DNA from: Spirochaetia bacterium
Lineage (GTDB): Bacteria; Spirochaetota; Spirochaetia; UBA9216
Assembly: GCA_963675665.1 (NCBI GenBank)
Contig: OY776510.1
Location: 4,832,001 to 4,896,000 of the forward strand
Direction: 5' to 3'
Length of the DNA stretch: 64,000 nt
Shown here: in pieces, positions 1-9,689 of the stretch
Position numbering within the stretch: the stretch's first letter is position 1
How the letters are laid out: each line of letters starts with the position of its first letter
Notes under the pieces: generated by a model
What the model was told of the DNA's origin: nothing
Database searches by the model: none
What the model saw: the letters and a program-made list of their open reading frames with translations, nothing else
Program-made: the position numbers and the translations under genes

Positions 1-557
1 ATATTCATATGGTAGGTATCCATCTGAACAAACATGTTGTCAGGATCAACCTTTCGTACAATATAAGCAGCCTGTTCAAGGGTATTAATGAAATTTGATT
101 CATACCTGTTCACGGGCTCAATCCCCAGTTTAATTCCGGCTTTAACGGCTTTTTCGGCCAATCTTCCGTAAGAATCTATTACCCGGGCCAAAGCTCCCTT
201 GTCAGGAAGCGTCAAATAACGATGCAGTGCGGAGTATGTGACTCCGCCTAAAACGGAAGCACCCATATCTCTTGTAATATAGATAGCGTCTTCAACAAAC
301 TGTTCGCCCCTTTTGGCTGTTTCAATGTCAGTACTGGAAATATCCGATTCAGTATTCAATGCCATCCCTGCCGTTACTCCAATTCCTGTCTTTTCGGCAA
401 TCTCTGCAGTCATTTCTGCATCTGTTGTTGACGGATCAAAAATACAGACTTCAATAATATCAAATCCTATTTCCGCTGCTTTTCCCATTGCAATCTCAGC
501 ATTCGCTCTTGTCCAATCCGGCACAAGCACCAGATTATGTATTCCAATTTTATTCAT
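1..557 (-). CDS. Sugar phosphate isomerase/epimerase, D-psicose/D-tagatose/L-ribulose 3-epimerase family (runs off the window edge)
   Basis: Manual translation: MNKIGIHNLVLVPDW...GFDIIEV...LEPVNRYESNFINT...QMDTYHMNI, the ketose 3-epimerase motifs. Absent from the ORF track because there is no stop in the window. Confidence 0.85.
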   Translation of the reverse strand, partial: MNKIGIHNLVLVPDWTRANAEIAMGKAAEIGFDIIEVCIFDPSTTDAEMTAEIAEKTGIGVTAGMALNTESDISSTDIETAKRGEQFVEDAIYITRDMGASVLGGVTYSALHRYLTLPDKGALARVIDSYGRLAEKAVKAGIKLGIEPVNRYESNFINTLEQAAYIVRKVDPDNMFVQMDTYHMN

Positions 558-574
558 ATCAACTCCCACCTGAT

Positions 575-1591
575 TTATCTTGATTTGTTTTTCCCTATAA
601 TTTCGCGGATTGTTCTTCCCCAGATATCAATTGCAACTGCAATCAGAATTATTCCCCCGATTGTCAATGACTGCATTGAAGTGGAGACCGCGTTCAGATT
701 AAGACCGTTTTGGACTACTACAATAATCAGCGCTCCAAGCAAAGTAGAAAATACCCTTCCCTTTCCTCCGGAGAGACTTGTTCCGCCGACAATTGCTGCA
801 GCGATTGCCTGTAATTCAAGTCCGGTACCGTAATTCGGAGAACCTGAGTTCAGCCTGGCAGCAAGTAATATTGCGCCTACAGTAGAACAAAGTCCGGCAA
901 TAACAAACGAAAGAAATCTTACTTTTTTCACGCCAATTCCGGACAGATTGGCGGCTGAATCATTTCCTCCGACTGCATATATTTCTCTGCCAGATTTTGT
1001 ATAATTCATTACAATAATGAAAAAAGCATATAAAATGATTACATATATCAACGGCAACGGAAGACCGGCAAGTTTCCCGTAGAACAGCTGCCCAAGCTGG
1101 GTAGATAATGAAAAAACCGGTGTTCCGTCGCCAATAGTTAATGCCAACCCTTTAAACCCGCTTAAAGCCGCAAGCGTTACAATAAATGCAGGTATTCTGA
1201 CATAAGCAACCAGAAATCCGTTGAAAGCCCCAAGTCCGGCGCCGAAAAGAAGCACCAGAGGAATGGAAATCCATAAACTAAGACCTTGCAGCTTAACCAG
1301 GGCGGCAAGGCTCATTGTAAGAAATGCAACCATCGACCCGGGACTAAGATCAATCCCGCCCGCCAGAATTACTATTGTCGATCCTATTGCTACAATAGAC
1401 AGTATACTTACCTGCAAAGAAATGTTACGAAAATTTGTCCAATCAAGAAACGACGGGGTTGTAACTGACAGCACAATGCCTAAAACAATAAGAGCCAGCA
1501 ACGGTCCGATAAAATCCGCTTTACCTATCTTTTCAAGAATTGTTTCATTTTCTTTTATCTTTTTCTCAAGAACCGGTTCTGCAACGTTCAT
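575..1591 (-). CDS. Sugar ABC transporter permease (RbsC-like)
   Basis: Hydrophobic; GGIDLSPGS, GREIYAVGGN..AA.LSGI, IAAAIVGGTSLSGG motifs. Confidence 0.93.
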   Translation of the reverse strand: MNVAEPVLEKKIKENETILEKIGKADFIGPLLALIVLGIVLSVTTPSFLDWTNFRNISLQVSILSIVAIGSTIVILAGGIDLSPGSMVAFLTMSLAALVKLQGLSLWISIPLVLLFGAGLGAFNGFLVAYVRIPAFIVTLAALSGFKGLALTIGDGTPVFSLSTQLGQLFYGKLAGLPLPLIYVIILYAFFIIVMNYTKSGREIYAVGGNDSAANLSGIGVKKVRFLSFVIAGLCSTVGAILLAARLNSGSPNYGTGLELQAIAAAIVGGTSLSGGKGRVFSTLLGALIIVVVQNGLNLNAVSTSMQSLTIGGIILIAVAIDIWGRTIREIIGKNKSR

Positions 1592-1622
1592 TCTATTCTC
1601 CTGCTCATGCTATCTTCAGCTG

Positions 1623-2405
1623 CTAAAAAGCAGACCTTATTACGCCGCCTTCACAGCGCTGCGCACTTCCGTTTGCTATCGGGTTTGCAGCAAGTGAAAC
1701 AACGGCTCGTCCGAGGTCTTTCGGGTCAATAAGATGCTGCAGAAGAGAACTCGGCTCGCTTTCGATAAAGTAGTTTTTCAAAACATCTTCTACAGTTGAT
1801 TTTTTCTGATCAGCCATCTCCTGGAAATATGTCTGGACAGAATCAGTGGCCGAGGGGCCAGGCATAAGAGTATTAACCCTGACGTTTGTTCCTTTGGTTA
1901 ACTCGGCAAGTGCCCTTGAAACACCTAGCTGAGCGCTTTTCGACATAGAATAATGGGCCATCCATCCAATCGATTTAACGGCTGCATCACTGGAAATAAA
2001 AACAATCGAACCGGAATCTCTTTTCAACATATCTCTTAAAGCAATCCTGCTTATCCGCACGCCGGTCATGACATTCACATCGAAAAACTCAAACCATCGT
2101 TCATCTTTTATCTCAAAGAAATCAACACTTTCGAAAATTCCTATATTATTTACCAGATATTCAACCGGTCCGAATTCTGATGCAAAAGAATAAAGCTTTT
2201 CGCAATCCTCAATCTTCGTCAAGTCTGCAACAATACCATGCGCTCTTGAACCTATTCCTGCTATTGCCTCATCAATTTTGGATTGGTTTCTTCCGTTAAC
2301 AATGACTATAGCCCCTTCATCATGAAAAGCTCCCGCAATAGCTTTTCCAAGGCCGGAACTGCCTCCGGTTACAATAACTACTTTATTATCCATATTAAAA
2401 TCCAT
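1623..2405 (-). CDS. SDR family oxidoreductase
   Basis: TGGSSGLG, NNIG, YSMSK. Confidence 0.9.
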   Translation of the reverse strand: MDFNMDNKVVIVTGGSSGLGKAIAGAFHDEGAIVIVNGRNQSKIDEAIAGIGSRAHGIVADLTKIEDCEKLYSFASEFGPVEYLVNNIGIFESVDFFEIKDERWFEFFDVNVMTGVRISRIALRDMLKRDSGSIVFISSDAAVKSIGWMAHYSMSKSAQLGVSRALAELTKGTNVRVNTLMPGPSATDSVQTYFQEMADQKKSTVEDVLKNYFIESEPSSLLQHLIDPKDLGRAVVSLAANPIANGSAQRCEGGVIRSAF

Positions 2406-2435
2406 AATATAATCCTCCGTTTACTGGTTTTTTCT

Positions 2436-3965
2436 TCATTTCACCGCTTCAGCGACTTTTTTACTGATGGCATCAGTTGAGGCCTGAACAAGATGTGTAT
2501 GGTTTACTTTTGACGAATCCATAATTTCAACTATTGAGCCGTTTGAAACAATTCCGATTCTATCAGTCATGGCAATAAGTTCGTTATGATCGGAACTGAT
2601 CAGAATTACTGCCCTGCCTTCTTTTGTAAGCATATTTATAAGATTATAAACAGCAATTTTTGCTGCAATATCAATACCCTGTGTAGGTTCATCAAGAATT
2701 ACGACTTTTGAATTAGCAAATAACCAGCGGGCTATTACTATTTTTTGCTGATTACCACCTGAAAGCAGGCTTACAACTTTATTTTCCGCTGATGGAGTTA
2801 TCTGTAATTCTTTGATATATTTTTTGCATACACTGCCTTCAATTCTTTTCTGCAGAATGTTAAAAGACAATAATTTCCTTATAGCTGCCGATGTAATGTT
2901 TGGGCCTCCGGTAAAATTAAAAAACAGTCCATCAGATTTCCTGTTTTCCGGCAGCAATGCAATACCATTGTTTATTGACCTTCTGATTGTGCTGTTGTTT
3001 ACCCTTTTCCCTTCTATATAAACAGCACCGCTTTGAACAGGATCGGCACCAAAGACTGCTCTTGCTATTTCCGTCCTCCCGGAACCGATTACTCCACCCA
3101 GACCGAAAACCTCGCCTTTATAAACTTCAAAACTCACATCCCGCGCACCGCCGCTGCTTGAAATTGAGTCTACAACCAGCATCTTTTCATCTGACACGTT
3201 CCTTACCTTGGGATAGTGTTCTTTTACTTCATCTCCCACCATTTTTTTGACAATATAATCAATATTGAGCGCCGTTTCTTCTGAATTACTTACTACCATA
3301 CCGTCTTTTAAAATAGTAATTGTGTCTACCAGTTCTAAAACTTCATCCAGCCGATGTGAAATATAAAGTATTGCAACACCATGCTCCTTCATTCTTTTTA
3401 AAAGCAAATGCAGTGCTTCAATTTCACCTTGGCCGATGGCAGTAGTCGGTTCGTCCAGAATAAGCAATTTTGCATTTATCGGGATTACCTTGGCAATCTC
3501 CACCAGTTGTTGTTCAGCAACAGATAAATTTTCTACAAGAGCATCAGGAGCTATATCTATTTCTAATTTATGCAGCACTTCAGTTGCTTTTCGCTTCATC
3601 AGTTTCCAGTCAATCAGCCGGCTTCCGCTTTTCCTGCAGGGATTGCCTAAAAAAATGTTCTCTGCAACTGTCAACGTCGGGACAAGGGAAAATTCCTGAT
3701 ATACGGTTGCAATACCCTTCAGTCTGGCCATGGACGGGTTTTCCATCTGGATGCTTTCACCGCTATAGATAATCTGACCGCTGTCGGGTTGATTTACACC
3801 TGATAAAATTTTTATCAGTGTTGATTTTCCGGAACCGTTTTCACCCAAAAGGCCATGGATTTCTCCCGGATAAAGAGACATCGAAATATCATAATTTGCC
3901 CTGACCCCGGGATAGATTTTTGTAATATTCTTTAATTCAACTATAGGAGCAACTTCCCTATCCAT
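2436..3965 (-). CDS. Sugar ABC transporter ATP-binding protein (two NBDs)
   Basis: GENGSGKS, ILDEPT, LSGGNQQK; start moved to MDREVAP at 3965. Confidence 0.93.
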   Translation of the reverse strand: MDREVAPIVELKNITKIYPGVRANYDISMSLYPGEIHGLLGENGSGKSTLIKILSGVNQPDSGQIIYSGESIQMENPSMARLKGIATVYQEFSLVPTLTVAENIFLGNPCRKSGSRLIDWKLMKRKATEVLHKLEIDIAPDALVENLSVAEQQLVEIAKVIPINAKLLILDEPTTAIGQGEIEALHLLLKRMKEHGVAILYISHRLDEVLELVDTITILKDGMVVSNSEETALNIDYIVKKMVGDEVKEHYPKVRNVSDEKMLVVDSISSSGGARDVSFEVYKGEVFGLGGVIGSGRTEIARAVFGADPVQSGAVYIEGKRVNNSTIRRSINNGIALLPENRKSDGLFFNFTGGPNITSAAIRKLLSFNILQKRIEGSVCKKYIKELQITPSAENKVVSLLSGGNQQKIVIARWLFANSKVVILDEPTQGIDIAAKIAVYNLINMLTKEGRAVILISSDHNELIAMTDRIGIVSNGSIVEIMDSSKVNHTHLVQASTDAISKKVAEAVK

Positions 3966-4004
3966 TTCTGAAACTCCGTTAAAATTTGAAAAATCCTGAA
4001 ATAT

Positions 4005-4030
4005 CTCCTGCAGGGAGTTCCCTGCAGGAG
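4005..4030 (-). other. Intercistronic stem-loop after SBP gene
   Basis: CTCCTGCAGGGA-gt-TCCCTGCAGGAG perfect inverted repeat. Confidence 0.75.
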
Positions 4031-4038
4031 CAATATTA

Positions 4039-5130
4039 CTAATACTTTTTTGAGGGCAAAGGATACAGATCCTCCGGCACTTGCAGAATTGCCTTGGCAT
4101 TATCTTTATGTACTATTGTTGTAGGTGTATTTACAAATCCGCCGGTTGTTTTCTTGTTAAGAATATCGATTGCAAAAGCTGCTGCCATTCTTCCCATAAT
4201 TACCGGAGAAGTATTTGTTGTTGCATCCATTCCTCCGGCATAAATATCTTCCAGAGCACCTGTATCACCGTCATAACCGAGGATGAATATATCATCACGG
4301 TCAAGTTCGGTTGCCGCCAGAGCTGCGCCGAGAGCCATATAATCGTTTGCAGCAAAAAGAACTTCAATTTCAGGATGCGCCTGGATTGTATCCATTGCTG
4401 CTGTATTTCCTTTTTCTACGCTCCAGCCGCCGTTGACGCTTGATACTATTTTCCAGTTTGTTCCGTTTACACCGTCGACAAACCCGCCTACTCTTTCAGT
4501 TGAAAGATATCCCGGTTCTCCTTCAAGTACAGCACATTTCCTGGGGCCTGATCCTTTGACTTCCATTGCCCAGTCTGCAAGAGCATGATTTGCCCCACGC
4601 TGATTAACTCCGATTACACCGTGAACAGGAGTCGGAAAATTGGGAATGTCAGAGTTTATGATAATAAATGCCTTTCCGCTGTCTACTGCTTCCTTTACCA
4701 GAGGTGCTAAAGCAAACTCATCAAAGCTGATTAAAATAATTGCATCAACATCTGATCTGGCTGTAACATCCTGAAGCATACTCATCTGACCAGCCAGATC
4801 CGAACCTGAATACGGAGAAAGAATAAATGAATCAAGCATATCGTTTGTTTCAGTTATATCTTTAATCCCTTCAAAAAGAGCCAGATGATAATTGAATTCC
4901 GTTCCCATCGGCAGATAAGCTATATTAATCTTGCCTCCGTCATATGCTATCGTATCAAGCGCAGCCTGAGCACCATCCTGCAAAGGAGTCGGAGCCGGAT
5001 AATTCTGAGACACTTCAATCGGACCTGTTGAAACATCTCCCGCCTTTCCTGTTTCCTGCGCTCCGTTCGCCATAAGAACTGCAGGAAGCAGCAGCAAACC
5101 GATAACCAAAATAATACTTAAACGCTTCAT
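4039..5130 (-). CDS. Sugar ABC transporter substrate-binding protein
   Basis: Signal peptide then ANGAQE; periplasmic binding protein type 1 motifs ANDYMALGA, GYDG. Confidence 0.92.
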   Translation of the reverse strand: MKRLSIILVIGLLLLPAVLMANGAQETGKAGDVSTGPIEVSQNYPAPTPLQDGAQAALDTIAYDGGKINIAYLPMGTEFNYHLALFEGIKDITETNDMLDSFILSPYSGSDLAGQMSMLQDVTARSDVDAIILISFDEFALAPLVKEAVDSGKAFIIINSDIPNFPTPVHGVIGVNQRGANHALADWAMEVKGSGPRKCAVLEGEPGYLSTERVGGFVDGVNGTNWKIVSSVNGGWSVEKGNTAAMDTIQAHPEIEVLFAANDYMALGAALAATELDRDDIFILGYDGDTGALEDIYAGGMDATTNTSPVIMGRMAAAFAIDILNKKTTGGFVNTPTTIVHKDNAKAILQVPEDLYPLPSKKY

Positions 5131-5280
5131 ATATTCCTCCTATACCGCGTTTTCATGCAGACACACCTTTAGTATGGTGTTCTGCTGTTGGACAACACCT
5201 ATAAATCAGATTTTTAATATTTATTATTTTTAAAATCTTTTACTTTTGCCTTGCCGTCAGGAAAAGCATAATACCGTAAA

Positions 5281-6075
5281 TTACAATACAGTCCTAATAA
5301 GCCCGCCGTCGCACCTGATTGCTGCCCCGTTTGTTGCAACAGCCAGCGGACTGCAAAGATAAGCTATTAAAGATGCAATCTCCATAGGCTCAATCAGCCT
5401 TTGTATCAGAGAGCTTGGTCTTCCGTTCTTAAAGAAATCTTCTATGCATTCTTCAAGCCCCATACCGGCATTTTTCGCAAGCTGCTCAAAAAATACAACA
5501 AGACCTTCTGTTCTTGTCGGACCGGGGAGTACCGAGTTGACCGTAACATTAGTATTTGCAGTAGTTTCCGCCAAACCTCTGGACAGAGCAACTTCCGCAG
5601 TTTTTGTCATACCGTAATGAAGCATATCAGGCGGAATATTCACTGCTGATTCGCTTGCAACAAATACAATTCTTCCCCATTTTTTCTTTTTCATGGCAGG
5701 GAGGTAATTTCTTGCGGTTTTTATACCCGTCATTACATTTACCTCAAACAGCCTCCGCCAATCTTCATCAGGAATATCTTCAAAATCTTTCGGTTCAAAT
5801 ATTCCAAGGCTGTTTACAAGAATGTCGACTTCAGAAACCTGTGCAGTCAATTTCTCCATTCCGGCCATAGTAGTGATATCAGCTGCCACTCCGGAGACTT
5901 CTGCAGCCTTAACTTCTTCCTTTATCTTTTTTACAGCCTTGTCAAGATCTTCCTGTTTTCTTCCGTTCAATATTACAGCACAACCTTCCTGAGCCAGAGT
6001 ATATGCTGCTGCGAATCCGATTCCTTTCGTTGAACCGGTTATCAGTGCTTTCTTTCCTTTAATCTGTAAATCCAT
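5281..6075 (-). CDS. SDR family oxidoreductase
   Basis: TGSTKGIG, YGMTK, VNSVLPGPT; start at MDLQIKGK. Confidence 0.9.
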   Translation of the reverse strand: MDLQIKGKKALITGSTKGIGFAAAYTLAQEGCAVILNGRKQEDLDKAVKKIKEEVKAAEVSGVAADITTMAGMEKLTAQVSEVDILVNSLGIFEPKDFEDIPDEDWRRLFEVNVMTGIKTARNYLPAMKKKKWGRIVFVASESAVNIPPDMLHYGMTKTAEVALSRGLAETTANTNVTVNSVLPGPTRTEGLVVFFEQLAKNAGMGLEECIEDFFKNGRPSSLIQRLIEPMEIASLIAYLCSPLAVATNGAAIRCDGGLIRTVL

Positions 6076-6133
6076 TCTCTTCCCCTTTTTTATCGTATTT
6101 ATCACTACTCATAATTTAAGTGATATTCTCCAT

Positions 6134-7084
6134 CTATTTTACTATCGTTCTGCTGTTTTTATCATGATCACTTGTTGCAAGCGACATTATTATTGCAATT
6201 ATACCCAGAACCGTGACCTGAATATCACGTCCGAGACCAATCATCAGCAATCCGGACTGCATCCAGGTTATTATAATTACCCCAATCACGGTTTTGTGCG
6301 GTCCGCCAACACCTCCCTTGAGAGAAGTACCCCCTGCAACAACCGATGCAAACAAAGGGATCATCATGTTAGAACCCAATTTTACAGACCCTCCGCCAAG
6401 CTGAGCTATATAGAGAATTCCAGCCAGCCCGGCCAGCATACTGCTTAGCATGAAAACAAAAATTCTATGCCGGTCGACATTTATCCCCGAAACAGCAGCC
6501 GCTCTTGCATTCCCCCCTATAGCATAGGTCTTTCTTCCGAACGAAGTTATAAGCGAAAGCAAAGTACAAACGACCCAGATTCCGATAGACCAGTAAAATA
6601 TTGAAGGAAGCCCTCCAATAAATGTTACTGATATCTTCCTGAACTGGTCATTATCTACCATTAATAAGAAACCTTTTGACGCCAAAAGCGCTATCCCGTC
6701 AATTACAACTGAAATACCAAGTGTAGCCATAAATGAGGGCACCTTAAGCTTTGTAAAAATAAAGCCGTTAACAAAGCCTATAAACAGACAGACCGCCAAT
6801 GTAAAAGGAATAACCATCAATCCCATTCTGTTTACGTTCATTACGGAGATAAGAGCTGCCAGTTTCATTACACTGACAACCGAAAAATCAAACGAGCCCA
6901 TCATTATAACCATTGTAAGCCCGCATGCAGCGATTAAAAAATACGACATTGAATACACAAGGGTTATAAGCCCCTGCCCGCTCAAAAATTCAGGATTAAT
7001 CAACTGGAAAACAAGAATAATGATAATCGATACAATAACAGGCATCATGTTTTTCATGTTTATACTTCTTTTAAATTCAATCAT
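6134..7084 (-). CDS. Sugar ABC transporter permease
   Basis: GSFDFS, GRKTYAIGGN, VVAGGTSLKGG. Confidence 0.9.
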   Translation of the reverse strand: MIEFKRSINMKNMMPVIVSIIIILVFQLINPEFLSGQGLITLVYSMSYFLIAACGLTMVIMMGSFDFSVVSVMKLAALISVMNVNRMGLMVIPFTLAVCLFIGFVNGFIFTKLKVPSFMATLGISVVIDGIALLASKGFLLMVDNDQFRKISVTFIGGLPSIFYWSIGIWVVCTLLSLITSFGRKTYAIGGNARAAAVSGINVDRHRIFVFMLSSMLAGLAGILYIAQLGGGSVKLGSNMMIPLFASVVAGGTSLKGGVGGPHKTVIGVIIITWMQSGLLMIGLGRDIQVTVLGIIAIIMSLATSDHDKNSRTIVK

Positions 7085-8055
7085 GTTATCAATACTCCTT
7101 TCATTTGTTTTCCCTTGGAACTGAGGATAATTGATCCTATAAGAATAATTCCTACGATAAGATCGATAAGCTCAGGCCTGATGGGAGAAAGATGCAGTCC
7201 ACGATATAAAATTGAAAAAGTAATCACTCCCAGAATTGTCCGCTGAGGTCCTCCGCTTCCGCCCACCAAAGGAGTTCCGCCGAGGATTATTGCAACCAGC
7301 GGCCTTATTGTATTATTAAGATTAAATTCAACGCCTACAGATCCTCCGAGATGCTGAAAAAGAATCATCGAGCCTACTCCGGAGAATGTACCGCTTAATA
7401 TAAAAGCCAGCATCTTATACTTTTCAACTTTTATACCAGAAAGCCTGGCGCCTTCTTCATTAGAACCTATAGCATAAAAATAAACCCCGATTTTTGTTTT
7501 AAGAATAAGAAACACCGCGACAACTATGACTGGTATCGCCAATAGAAACGGAGTTGGAATTCTGGGGATTAGCCGCGCAGTGATAAAACCAAAACCGTCA
7601 ACCTTGCGCGGATAACCTCCGGCAAGAAAAACAGTAAACCCATAGAAAGTAATCAGTACGCTTAAAGTCAGAATAAACGACGGCATTCTGCCTTTTGTGT
7701 GAATAAGTCCGATTATAAATCCGGTTAAAATCCCTACAACCGGAAATATCAACAAGGCCACCGGTCCTATCACAGGTTCCAGTTTCCAGAGGAAAACACT
7801 CCCCAACATCCATATTCCAATAAACGAAAGGTCCATGGAACCAAGTATCATTACAATTGAAGGACCTATTGCGAACAGCATCAAAGTAACAAACTGACGA
7901 AGGGTCGCCGTCATATTTATAGGCGAAAGGAACTGCTTGGTATACAGAATTGAGAAAACAGCAAACAGCAAAACCATAATGATTATGACAGGATAATTCT
8001 TTATCAACTGTTCAAGGATTTTATAAAATTTCTTGTCTTTCCCGATGTCTATCAT
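7081..8055 (-). CDS. Sugar ABC transporter permease
   Basis: GSMDLS, YAIGSNEEGARLSGI, IILGGT. Confidence 0.9.
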   Translation of the reverse strand: MIDIGKDKKFYKILEQLIKNYPVIIIMVLLFAVFSILYTKQFLSPINMTATLRQFVTLMLFAIGPSIVMILGSMDLSFIGIWMLGSVFLWKLEPVIGPVALLIFPVVGILTGFIIGLIHTKGRMPSFILTLSVLITFYGFTVFLAGGYPRKVDGFGFITARLIPRIPTPFLLAIPVIVVAVFLILKTKIGVYFYAIGSNEEGARLSGIKVEKYKMLAFILSGTFSGVGSMILFQHLGGSVGVEFNLNNTIRPLVAIILGGTPLVGGSGGPQRTILGVITFSILYRGLHLSPIRPELIDLIVGIILIGSIILSSKGKQMKGVLIT

Positions 8056-9587
8056 ATCTCCAACACCTCTTCCAATTCTTCAGCAGGAATCAGTCTCTGA
8101 ACTTCACCTTCCTTGAGCATCAGGATTTTGTCGCAGAGCATTGTATATTCTGAAACATCATCACTTACAAGTATCATTCCTGTACCGCAGTTTTTAAGTT
8201 CAAGTACTGTATCATATATATCTTCCCGTGCGCCGACATCTATACCTACCGTAGGATCTTCAAGAAGAAGCAGCGCTGAATTTTGTTCAAACCATTTTCC
8301 CACAGTAACTTTTTGCTTGTTTCCCCCGCTGAGCGTCTCAACTATAGTGTTAACATTATTCGCCTTAATACGCAGCTTCTTGAATATCCTTTCAGCCATT
8401 TCCTGTTCCCGACCGAAATTGATTATCGGGATAATTTTTGAAACAACATCAAGAATGTTCAGTATTGAGATGTTCTTTGATATTGACCAGTCATAAAAAA
8501 GTTCGTTGCTCATATCTCCTGAACAATACCCTATTCCACGGGAAAGCCTTATATGAGCTGCCTCTTTGCAGGGGATAGTCCGATCCATTACTTTCAGCGA
8601 ACCTTCCTCGAAATAATTTAAACCGGCTATCGCTTTAATTATCTCACTCTTTCCGGATCCAGCCGGGCCGAAGATTCCGATGCATTCGCCTCTTTTAATA
8701 TCAAATGAAATATTATAAAATTCGCCTTTTTTGGTTAAATTTTCAGCCTCAAGTATAACCTTTTCACAACCTGAACTTTTTTTCATTCTGGCTTTATTTC
8801 TATGCTCTATTACATCTTTCCCGACTATCGCTTTTGCCAGCTCTTCCTCTGTAAGCTTTTCCTTTGTCATATCATAATGCCCGACCCTTTTCCCGTCGCG
8901 AAGCACAATAAGCCTGTCAACACATTCCCGAATCTCCTGCATAATATGAGTAACAAAGATGAATGATGTGTTTGTTTTCATTGCAGTAATATCTTTTAGC
9001 AGGACTTTACGCTCTTCAATTGTTAAAGGAGAAGTGGGTTCATCCATGATAATTACAGATCCTCTTGACGGATCATCCTGTTCAAGCCTTACGCTTAGTA
9101 CCGCTTTTGCAATTTCTATCATTTTCTGTACCGACAATGGAAGTTCGTACAGGTAATCATCTATTTTACAGTTTATATTAAATTCTTTAATTATTTCGGC
9201 AGCATTAGCTTTCATTCTGCCTATCTGCAAACCGGTTCGTCCGGAATACTTTTCTTCATTACCAAGAAATAGAAACTGGTAAACCTTCAATGAGGGAATA
9301 ACTCCTTTTTCCTGATAAACTATCGAAATACCTTTCTGAGCAGCTTCTTTTGGACTTGCCGGAAAAGAAACATTTTCCCCGTTGTATTCCCAAACACCTT
9401 CGTCAGGGACATGTATACCTACAAGGGTTTTCATAAGAGTTGTTTTACCTGCCCCGTTTTCCCCCACAACCCCAACAATTTCATTTCTGAAAACATTTAA
9501 TCCTACATCGTCGAGTGCATGGACTACACCCCCGAATGTTTTTGAAACATTTTTTACACTTAATATTGGGGTATTAATCTCATCCAT
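8052..9587 (-). CDS. Sugar ABC transporter ATP-binding protein (divergent)
   Basis: GENGAGKT, IMDEPT, LSGGNKQK. Confidence 0.9.
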   Translation of the reverse strand: MDEINTPILSVKNVSKTFGGVVHALDDVGLNVFRNEIVGVVGENGAGKTTLMKTLVGIHVPDEGVWEYNGENVSFPASPKEAAQKGISIVYQEKGVIPSLKVYQFLFLGNEEKYSGRTGLQIGRMKANAAEIIKEFNINCKIDDYLYELPLSVQKMIEIAKAVLSVRLEQDDPSRGSVIIMDEPTSPLTIEERKVLLKDITAMKTNTSFIFVTHIMQEIRECVDRLIVLRDGKRVGHYDMTKEKLTEEELAKAIVGKDVIEHRNKARMKKSSGCEKVILEAENLTKKGEFYNISFDIKRGECIGIFGPAGSGKSEIIKAIAGLNYFEEGSLKVMDRTIPCKEAAHIRLSRGIGYCSGDMSNELFYDWSISKNISILNILDVVSKIIPIINFGREQEMAERIFKKLRIKANNVNTIVETLSGGNKQKVTVGKWFEQNSALLLLEDPTVGIDVGAREDIYDTVLELKNCGTGMILVSDDVSEYTMLCDKILMLKEGEVQRLIPAEELEEVLEI

Positions 9588-9637
9588 ATTCAATTACCCT
9601 CCGGGTATAAAACCTCAAACTTGTTTATACTTGTTAC

Positions 9638-9661
9638 CGGAACCGGCTGTTGCCGGTTCCG
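9638..9661 (-). other. Intercistronic stem-loop after SBP gene
   Basis: CGGAACCGGC-tgtt-GCCGGTTCCG. Confidence 0.7.
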
Positions 9662-9689
9662 ATATATTTTTTTAGATCAAATTACTTCG

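Noticed and set aside
3966-4100. N-terminal extension of the ABC ATPase ORF
   Set aside because: Overlaps the SBP gene and hairpin; homology begins at MDREV
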